Shown here piece after piece: positions 55,136 to 61,888 of a stretch of DNA of 64,000 nt. The position numbers were made by a program, and so were the translations under genes. Each line of letters begins with the position of its first letter. Position 1 is the first letter of the stretch. Under the pieces are notes generated by a model. It saw nothing but the letters and a program-made list of their open reading frames with translations. It did not search any database and had not been told where the DNA came from. The stretch covers positions 758 to 64,757 of the forward strand of contig JAQGGW010000004.1 in NCBI GenBank assembly GCA_028289135.1, read 5' to 3'. Source of the DNA: Candidatus Saccharimonadota bacterium (GTDB lineage Bacteria > Patescibacteriota > Saccharimonadia > Saccharimonadales > JACDBH01).

Positions 55136-56551
55136 ATGGCAGTTAAAGTACCTATCGTTGCAATCATCGGTCGCGCGAACGTTGGCAAGTCCAGCTTATT
55201 CAATGCGGCCCTCGGACGGCGCGAGGCGATTGTCGCTGACGAAGCAGGTACAACCCGCGATAGCCTTTATGGCAAAGTTACCTTTTATGACAAGGATTTC
55301 TGGCTGGTCGACACAGCTGGGCTCAAGCAAAAAGCCGCCGATGAATTTGAGTTTACCATCCAGGAACAGATTGCCCAGGCCGCCGACAGCGCCGACCTTA
55401 TTTTGGTCGTTATTGAATCGCACGTTACGCTGACCGAAGAAGACCGCAAAGTCGCCAAAATGGCGCTTAAGACCCGCAAACCAGTCATTTTGGTCGTTAA
55501 CAAGGGTGACAAGCTTGGCCGCCACATCAACGACCAAGATGTTATGACGCCATACCAGCGCCTCGGCATCAAGGACATTTTTATCACATCTGCAACCCAG
55601 TCAGCAGGGATCGAAGAGTTGTTTGAATACGTCAGCGAACAGATACCGCGCGCCACAATCGTCGTGGCCGAAGACCGCATCTCCCTCGCCATCTTAGGCC
55701 GCCCAAACGTTGGCAAATCCCAGCTTTTTAACACCTTGGCCAAAAAACAGCAGGCAATCGTCGCCGACCGAGCCGGCACCACCCGTGACATTAACCGCAC
55801 CGCTGTTAAGTTTATGGGCAAAGAGATTGAGCTCATGGACACCGCTGGCATCCGCCGCAATGGCAAGATTGAAGTGGGCGTTGAGAAGTTTAGTGTTATC
55901 CGCTCCTTAAGCGCCATTGAACAATCCGACATCTGTCTGCTCCTAATCGACGCTAATGACCTAAGTGTCCAGCTTGACCAAAAAATTGCCGGTATGATCA
56001 AAGAAGCGGGCAAGGGGTTAATTATCATCATAAGCAAATGGGACAGCGTCGAAGACAAAGACGCCTGGACCCACGACAAAATGATCCCCAAAGTCCAGGC
56101 CGAGTTTGAATTTGTACCATGGGCGCCAATGATCGTCACCAGCTCGGTAACAGGGCAGAATGTCGCTAAAATCTTCGAAATGGTTGTCGAGATCTCAAAC
56201 ACCCGCCACAAGCGCATCAAAACAACCGAGCTCAACGGCTGGCTGCACAAAACCACCGACCGCCACCCGCCAGCCGGCCTCAAAAACCGCCAGCCAAAAC
56301 TCCGTTATGTCGTCCAAGAAGAGGGCAATGACTCGCCAAACTTCAAGATTTTTGGCTCACAGCTTAAGTTTTTACACTGGTCATACCGCCGCCACATGGA
56401 CCGGACCTTCCGCGAAACCTTTGGTTTTGAAGGCACTCCCGTAAAGTTCTGGTACATAGACCAGCATGAACCGCGAGAGAAAAAAGACGGTATCGACTGG
56501 AAAAAATCCCTCCGCCCCGACCAGCTCCCCGACCGCACCAAAAAAGACTGA
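55136..56551 (+). CDS. der: ribosome-associated GTPase Der (EngA)
   Basis: Two tandem GTPase domains (GRANVGKSSLFN...DTAG; GRPNVGKSQLFN...DTAG) plus a KH-like C-terminus. Confidence 0.92.
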   Translation: MAVKVPIVAIIGRANVGKSSLFNAALGRREAIVADEAGTTRDSLYGKVTFYDKDFWLVDTAGLKQKAADEFEFTIQEQIAQAADSADLILVVIESHVTLTEEDRKVAKMALKTRKPVILVVNKGDKLGRHINDQDVMTPYQRLGIKDIFITSATQSAGIEELFEYVSEQIPRATIVVAEDRISLAILGRPNVGKSQLFNTLAKKQQAIVADRAGTTRDINRTAVKFMGKEIELMDTAGIRRNGKIEVGVEKFSVIRSLSAIEQSDICLLLIDANDLSVQLDQKIAGMIKEAGKGLIIIISKWDSVEDKDAWTHDKMIPKVQAEFEFVPWAPMIVTSSVTGQNVAKIFEMVVEISNTRHKRIKTTELNGWLHKTTDRHPPAGLKNRQPKLRYVVQEEGNDSPNFKIFGSQLKFLHWSYRRHMDRTFRETFGFEGTPVKFWYIDQHEPREKKDGIDWKKSLRPDQLPDRTKKD

Positions 56552-56607
56552 TTAACGCTTTTGTTTAACTCCCGATAATTTGTTATCTTTAAAAAAAGGA
56601 GTTAATA

Positions 56608-57093
56608 ATGAGACAACTTGATGTTCGCGAATCGGACCTACTATTAAAGTTACGGGTTGATATAGATGAGCATGGCTTACCTAACCTAAGGGTAAAAACT
56701 GGTCTTGCAGCATATGCAACTGATAGCGCCCTAGAAGAAGGTATGTTAGGTGTTAACCCACATATAGAAGTAGCTCAACGTGCAGCAGAAAGAACCCTAA
56801 CTAAAGATGTTTTTCATAACGTATTGTTACAAAATTATATAGCTGACCCCTCTGAAGTTCATGATGGACTCACAGCTCTTATAGATGGAACTGCGACCAG
56901 CATGACAGTCGTTGGTAACTATATGGTTCAGGCAGCATTAGCAGAGCTTCACGCAAGAAAACACCCCATACCACAGTTACTAGGGCAATTAAGCCAAGTA
57001 GCCCTTAGCGAAGTGTGGGATCCATCGCTCACTAGCACTGCGATGCGACCATCGCTAGCTCAGCCAGATATGCTTGCACTGTTTCCCAACTAA
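56608..57093 (+). CDS. hypothetical protein (161 aa)
   Basis: A strong Shine-Dalgarno sequence (AAAGGAG) lies 6 nt upstream of the ATG. No motif recognised. The region looks AT-richer than its neighbours. Confidence 0.6.
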   Translation: MRQLDVRESDLLLKLRVDIDEHGLPNLRVKTGLAAYATDSALEEGMLGVNPHIEVAQRAAERTLTKDVFHNVLLQNYIADPSEVHDGLTALIDGTATSMTVVGNYMVQAALAELHARKHPIPQLLGQLSQVALSEVWDPSLTSTAMRPSLAQPDMLALFPN

Positions 57094-57119
57094 ACAAGCT
57101 ACTGATTCCAAGAATAGGA

Positions 57120-57125
57120 TATACT
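57120..57125 (+). promoter_or_regulatory. -10 box TATACT, 7 nt upstream of the pth ATG
   Basis: TAGGATATACTaccccatATG. Confidence 0.4.
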
Positions 57126-57132
57126 ACCCCAT

Positions 57133-57762
57133 ATGGGACTTTTTGAACGCAAACAAACACCTATAACTATGAGCTATTTCAGCATTGGCAATGAAAAAAC
57201 CAAGCTGATTGTGGGCCTTGGCAATGTGGGCAAAAAATACGAGAAAAGCCGTCATAACGCGGGCTTTTTATGCCTTGACCACGCTGTAAAGCTAGCCGAT
57301 GGGGAATGGAAAGAGAAGAAGTCTCTCAAGAGCCTAGTGGCCGAAGTAAGAGTTGGAGAAAAACGCGTAATTTTTATTAAGCCCACAACGCTCATGAACC
57401 TCAGCGGCGACGCCGTCCAGGCTGTAAAACAGTTTTATAAAATAGCCAACAAAGACGTTTTGGTGGTGCATGACGAACTAGCCTTGCCGTATGGCACCTT
57501 ACGCATCCGTAATGGCGGCAGCAGTGCAGGCAACAATGGCATTAAATCCATCTCGACAGTATTGGGCGAAGACTACTCCCGCCTCCGCATCGGCATAGCT
57601 GGCGAAAACGCCAAAAAAGAAGACGCAGCCGCATATGTCCTTAAAAACTTTTCTAAGGCAGAGCAAGGGGAGTTTAAAGCCCTCTTTGCGGAAACAAACG
57701 CACTCATCACCGAGTTTATCTACTCCGACCAACTTGCACCCGACACCCGCCAGTTTATTTAA
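57133..57762 (+). CDS. pth: peptidyl-tRNA hydrolase
   Basis: KLIVGLGNVGKKYEKSRHNAGF...VVHDELALPYG...GGSSAGNNG is canonical Pth. The N-terminus is about 20 aa longer than usual, so an internal start is possible. Confidence 0.88.
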   Translation: MGLFERKQTPITMSYFSIGNEKTKLIVGLGNVGKKYEKSRHNAGFLCLDHAVKLADGEWKEKKSLKSLVAEVRVGEKRVIFIKPTTLMNLSGDAVQAVKQFYKIANKDVLVVHDELALPYGTLRIRNGGSSAGNNGIKSISTVLGEDYSRLRIGIAGENAKKEDAAAYVLKNFSKAEQGEFKALFAETNALITEFIYSDQLAPDTRQFI

Positions 57763-57765
57763 TGT

Positions 57766-57793
57766 TTGACATTTAGAAATTTAGTGCTAAAGT
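57766..57793 (+). promoter_or_regulatory. sigma70-like promoter TTGACA-N16-TAAAGT
   Basis: TTGACAtttagaaatttagtgcTAAAGT read directly. The ATG at 57801 follows the -10 by 7 nt. Confidence 0.45.
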
Positions 57794-57800
57794 ATAAATC

Positions 57801-57890
57801 ATGTTATTTGTAAACATAACCAGCACCGATAAGGCAAAGAAGACCACTCTCACGAGGGGATTCTTTGATTTACACCTAAAGCATAAGTAA
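57801..57890 (+). CDS. 29-codon mini-ORF (MLFVNITSTDKAKKTTLTRGFFDLHLKHK) in a promoter-to-terminator micro-unit; could instead be a small RNA or leader
   Basis: Translated by hand. It has a leaderless-type spacing to the promoter and is followed 25 nt later by an intrinsic terminator. Confidence 0.3.
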   Translation: MLFVNITSTDKAKKTTLTRGFFDLHLKHK

Positions 57891-57915
57891 ACTTTAAACC
57901 AATCAAGACACCAAG

Positions 57916-57941
57916 CCCTTCGTGAAAACGGAGGGTTTTTT
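57916..57941 (+). terminator. intrinsic terminator
   Basis: CCCTTCG tgaaaa CGGAGGG followed by TTTTTT. The stem is 7 bp including one G-U pair. Confidence 0.65.
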
Positions 57942-57990
57942 AATTTAAGTAAATTTTAGCGGCCTTGAGCCAACAAGAAAAGGAAATGAC

Positions 57991-58938
57991 ATGAACACAC
58001 CAGATAATACGGGTAGTATCGGAGGCCTCGGAATCCATGAGAGGTCACACAACCGACTCTACCATAACAACGAAATACCTACTGAAGATATTAGTCAGAT
58101 ACACGAAGGCGTCACTCAGCTACAGGCAATGGCATGGGATATCCCAAACATCAGCCGCATTGTCTTGCGGGGAATTATGGGGCAAAGAGCCTTTGACCAG
58201 CTGGTAAATTCAGGACTGGGGCATGATCTTGAAGTACTGGCATCACTTTCGGGTCATGGTCACCCTGGGCAATACCTCTATAGTGTTGCCAGAAACCAAC
58301 CGCACCGACGAACACATGTTCCGGTTGCGGAGATGATTGCCCAAACTAACCAACCCTTACCCGTGCGTGACCAGCAGCACGACATACCGCCAAGCGAAAC
58401 ACTACCCAACGCGGGAGATGTAGATGGAATACTTACGCTGTGGGGAAGCACTTTCAAATGGACAAAAGAGTCTACGGAAACTTTTATACGAGATCTGCAA
58501 CAAAACGCGATTATGAGCCCAGCTGAACGAACTCTATGGTTTTCAGGCCAACGTTGCACCGATGGCCAGCTTGTCAGCGCGGCGATGGCCGAAAGGCTTG
58601 ATATGCCTACCTTCACTGGCCATATTGCTTTGATTGAATCAACCGAATGGCGCACTCACCCAGATTACTTACGAAGAGGGCTAATGGCACAAACACTTCG
58701 AGATATGAATGGAAATATACAGCAAGATTTAGTAGGTCAATACCCGTTTATCTTTGCTGAATGCAACTTTCAAACTCGTGCTGATATTGCTGGGCGCCTA
58801 GCCGGATTTTTCGTTCCAGATCGTAACATCGGCACCCAAACTATCCGTCAAAACGTGGTCGTAGAAGACGGCACCAACCTACCTTCCAACATCTTACGTG
58901 ACTTTACATTTGTAAATGTGCCAGGAAGGGCAATCTAA
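57991..58938 (+). CDS. hypothetical protein with a C-terminal GNAT-like acetyltransferase region (315 aa)
   Basis: IALIESTEWRTHPDYLRRGLMAQTL resembles GNAT motif A (R-R-G-x-x). The N-terminal 150 aa or so are unassigned. AGGA lies 7 nt upstream of the ATG. Confidence 0.5.
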   Translation: MNTPDNTGSIGGLGIHERSHNRLYHNNEIPTEDISQIHEGVTQLQAMAWDIPNISRIVLRGIMGQRAFDQLVNSGLGHDLEVLASLSGHGHPGQYLYSVARNQPHRRTHVPVAEMIAQTNQPLPVRDQQHDIPPSETLPNAGDVDGILTLWGSTFKWTKESTETFIRDLQQNAIMSPAERTLWFSGQRCTDGQLVSAAMAERLDMPTFTGHIALIESTEWRTHPDYLRRGLMAQTLRDMNGNIQQDLVGQYPFIFAECNFQTRADIAGRLAGFFVPDRNIGTQTIRQNVVVEDGTNLPSNILRDFTFVNVPGRAI

Positions 58939-59898
58939 ATGCGTGCTGTTGAACTGTTCTATGACCCCCGTCACGCCATACATAACCCGGCCTATGAGCT
59001 CTACAATGGCATCCAAACACCATATGCTGAGTGTGCCGATAGACTAGAGGTTATTGCAGAGCATTTGCAGCAATCTGGACGCAAATTAAGGCGCCCACGT
59101 TCTTATGACATAAGTCATGTCCGAGCGCTTCATTCAGCGCCTTACATTAACTTTGTCAGGGAAACATCGGCGCGGCTAAAAAACGGTGAGACACTCATGC
59201 CTAGTAACTTCATCATGGACACATACACGCCAATAACCGGCCGTACATATCAGGCTGCCCGGCAGGCTGTTTCTACCGCGCTTACAGCAGCACACTATGT
59301 TTTGAGTAATCATGACGGCATGGCGTATGCACTATGCCGTCCGCCTGGCCATCATGCCGCGCAAAAACACAGTGGAGGCTACTGTTATTTTAATAACGCG
59401 GCCATCGCAGCAAACTACCTTTCTGGACATGGCAGGATTGCTATCCTGGACATTGACTACCATCACGGCAACGGCACTCAAGAACTATTCTACGACAGGG
59501 ATGATGTGCTATATGTTTCAATCCACGCCGACCCGAGTTTGCAGTTCCCATACATTAGCGGATTTAAAAGTGAAACAGGAGAAGGCCGGGGCAAAGGCTT
59601 TACCAAAAATTACCCACTACCGCTACATACAGGAAACGCCCAGTATTTTCGAACCCTGAGGCGTGCCGTACAAGACGTTCAAAACTTCAACCCTGATTTT
59701 TTGGTAATTTCAGCTGGTTTTGATGCCCATGAAGCCGATCCAATCTGTCGTTTTGACCTAACAACCTCGTGCTATGCAGATATTGGCAGTACCATCAGTG
59801 CTCTTAATCTACCAACAATAATAGTCCAAGAAGGAGGCTACAACCTAAAAACCCTCGGCATACTCGCCGAAACCTTCATTAATTGCCTTGAGAAATAA
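58939..59898 (+). CDS. histone deacetylase-family amidohydrolase (AcuC / acetylpolyamine deacetylase-like)
   Basis: CRPPGHHA, LDIDYHHGNGTQ and EGGY are the Zn-dependent deacetylase motifs. The ATG directly follows the upstream stop (TAAATG). Confidence 0.85.
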   Translation: MRAVELFYDPRHAIHNPAYELYNGIQTPYAECADRLEVIAEHLQQSGRKLRRPRSYDISHVRALHSAPYINFVRETSARLKNGETLMPSNFIMDTYTPITGRTYQAARQAVSTALTAAHYVLSNHDGMAYALCRPPGHHAAQKHSGGYCYFNNAAIAANYLSGHGRIAILDIDYHHGNGTQELFYDRDDVLYVSIHADPSLQFPYISGFKSETGEGRGKGFTKNYPLPLHTGNAQYFRTLRRAVQDVQNFNPDFLVISAGFDAHEADPICRFDLTTSCYADIGSTISALNLPTIIVQEGGYNLKTLGILAETFINCLEK

Positions 59899-59940
59899 AA
59901 AGGTTTAAGAAAGACTGTCTACGAATAAAATTTTCCAACT

Positions 59941-59985
59941 AAAAAGAGTCTGTAGAGGGGGTGGGCACCGCTACAGACTCTTTTT
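59941..59985 (+). terminator. intrinsic terminator (bidirectional-capable)
   Basis: AAAAAGAGTCTGTAG agggggtgggcaccg CTACAGACTCTTTTT, with perfect 15-nt arms that include A and T runs. Confidence 0.7.
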
Positions 59986-59989
59986 AGGC

Positions 59990-60300
59990 TCAAGACAAGC
60001 TTAAGCCAATAAAACACCCTTCAACCCACCTTGAAGGCCTCCCCACACCATCTCTGGGCTTGTGAACGCTCTCGTATTGCGCTCAAAGTCCAGAGAAGGT
60101 GTGGGGCCCACTCGTGGTTGTCCGACATATCCTGGCCATCAAAAAGTGCGAGGGAGGAATGCGGGGTTAAAGGGGTTAGTCCGCTTTAGAACGTTTGCAC
60201 CTCTAAAGGGATGCGTAGCTAGATAAGTGGAGGGTAACAACTTATAAAGCACGTTCTAAAACAGCCTAACGATTTCACTTGGATTGCTCCAAATGAACGT
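59990..60300. ncRNA. unassigned, strongly structured non-coding region (candidate housekeeping or regulatory RNA)
   Basis: There is no ORF of 60 aa or more on either strand across about 500 nt. Hairpin CCTTCAA/TTGAAGG at 60018..60037. A 17-bp helix CCCCACACCATCTCTGG / CCAGAGAAGGTGTGGGG at 60041..60057 with 60090..60106. A long-range bipartite helix GTTAG..TTTAGAACGT / ACGTTCTAAA..CTAAC at 60175..60194 with 60251..60270. Confidence 0.35.
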
Positions 60301-60412
60301 TAAAATAGGGGTATAAGGTACATAAATCCCATAAAGAGACTCACGGATTGCTATTTTAGCAAACTTATGACATTATGTCAATACTTAAATACAAAAGAGG
60401 GTAGTTGTCAAT

Positions 60413-61261
60413 ATGCTAACGCTTACTTTACCAGAGATACCGCATGATCTTCGCCAGTTGGCGCAGCCGGTAGAAAAACTCCATATTATAGGTAATACAC
60501 TGGACGATCTTATGCAGCGTCCGCGCCTTGCAATTGTTGGCAGCCGCAAGATTACACCATATGGCAGGGGAGTCACCGAAAGCCTCACAGCCGAGCTCGT
60601 AAGCAAGGGCGTAGTAATTGTCAGCGGGCTGGCACTTGGGACTGATTCCATCGCCCACCAGGCATGTTTGGACGCTGGCGGCCAGACAATAGCAGTAATA
60701 GCTAGCGGCCCAGACGCTATCTATCCAGCCGGCCACACCAACCTTGCTAGGGAAATTGTGAAAAAAGGCGGCATTGTCGCCACCGAATACGATAAAGGCC
60801 ACAAACCATTTGCATGGGACTTTTTGGCGCGCAACCGTATAATTGCCGCTTTAAGCCAAGGCGTACTTGTTACAGAAGCGGCGGCCAAAAGCGGCTCACT
60901 AAACACCGCCAACCACGCGCTGCAGCTCGGCAAGCCAGTCTTTGCGGTGCCCGGCAACATCACCAACCCCTTAAGCGCAGGCTGCAATAACCTCATTAAA
61001 GCCGGCGCCATTCCTGTTACATGCGTCGAAGATATTCTAAATGCCTTGGAATGGTACGACTTGGCAGCGGCACCAAAAAAAATCTTAGGAGCAACCGATG
61101 AAGAAAACACCATTATTCAGCTTTTGCAGCACGGTGTTAGCGACGGGGCAGAACTACTCCTGAGAAGCGAGCTTGAGACTAGCCCCTTCAACCAAGCCCT
61201 GACCATGCTTGAAATTACTGGCAAAATCCGCCCGCTCGGCGCCAACCACTGGTCATTGTAA
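60413..61261 (+). CDS. dprA: DNA-processing protein DprA (Smf)
   Basis: LAIVGSRKITPYG...VIVSGLALGTDSIAHQ...GSLNTA is the Rossmann-like DprA core. Confidence 0.88.
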   Translation: MLTLTLPEIPHDLRQLAQPVEKLHIIGNTLDDLMQRPRLAIVGSRKITPYGRGVTESLTAELVSKGVVIVSGLALGTDSIAHQACLDAGGQTIAVIASGPDAIYPAGHTNLAREIVKKGGIVATEYDKGHKPFAWDFLARNRIIAALSQGVLVTEAAAKSGSLNTANHALQLGKPVFAVPGNITNPLSAGCNNLIKAGAIPVTCVEDILNALEWYDLAAAPKKILGATDEENTIIQLLQHGVSDGAELLLRSELETSPFNQALTMLEITGKIRPLGANHWSL

Positions 61262-61286
61262 CTACAGTAAGTGATACACTAATCTT

Positions 61287-61463
61287 ATGAAAATGCTTAT
61301 CTTTCTTGGCACCACTGTGGGCGGTGTACTTGGCGGGCTTTTTGGTCAAATACTTGATAAAGGTAATGGTCTAGGTGGCTGGAGCCTGTTATTTGGCGGT
61401 TTAGTAGGACCATTATTAGGTTTGTGGGCCGGCTATAAAATCGGCAAATACATGGCCGAATGA
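61287..61463 (+). CDS. small Gly-rich membrane protein (58 aa, below the track cutoff)
   Basis: Translated by hand: MKMLIFLGTTVGGVLGGLFGQILDKGNGLGGWSLLFGGLVGPLLGLWAGYKIGKYMAE. It has two glycine-zipper-like helices. Confidence 0.45.
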   Translation: MKMLIFLGTTVGGVLGGLFGQILDKGNGLGGWSLLFGGLVGPLLGLWAGYKIGKYMAE

Positions 61464-61467
61464 TCCA

Positions 61468-61588
61468 GGAATCCCACACTTGGCTATTTCCGCCCCGAGT
61501 CCTTGCGGTACGCAGTCACCATAATTAGATATATGCCTCCTTTGCGTTCCGCAGACTCAGAACGAAACTAGCTCGAGCGTGGAATCCC
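61468..61588 (+). repeat. intergenic structured repeat, type 2, copy E (candidate cis-acting RNA element)
   Basis: Collinear with copy D. The elements are GGCTATTTCCG / CGAAACTAGCT, TTGCGgtaCGCAG, TCACC-ataattagatatat-GCCTCC, TTTGCGttcCGCAG and AGCTCGAGCGTGGAATC. GGAATCCC occurs at both ends (61468 and 61581). Confidence 0.7.
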
Positions 61589-61888
61589 TGAAGTTGTGAG
61601 GAAAAATTTCTCAGTTTTGTGTTTGAAACTTGACGGGTACACCTTTGATACAGTAGGGTAAGGAGCTATATGCCAATTCAGGCATGACTTTAACCATAAG
61701 TTTGATAGACTACAGTGTACATGAACGCGTACCAGAATAACTTACTAGGCATAAAATGAATTATTTGCGAGATAAAATTAACAAAGTGCGACAAGAGGTA
61801 GCATTAGCTACATTGCGAAGCAGTTTGTTAATTTTAGCCGAAAATAGTCATTTTAGGGCAGGAAGGATATTCCGGTACGCGTTCTAAT

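Noticed and set aside
55285-56283. A 332-aa ORF on the minus strand.
   Set aside because: It is entirely antisense to der (EngA), whose two GTPase domains are unambiguous. Its composition is Ser/Arg/Leu-rich, as is typical of antisense frames.
59990-60300. Assigning the structured region upstream of dprA as RNase P RNA.
   Set aside because: Only loose string resemblances to conserved regions were found (CAAAGTCC, AAAGTGCGAGGGAGG, GCTAGATAAGTGG, AAACAGCCTAAC). I could not form a P4 helix or the GAGGAAAGUCCGG / ACAGAAnnCGGCUUA pair by hand. The region is left unassigned pending a covariance-model search.
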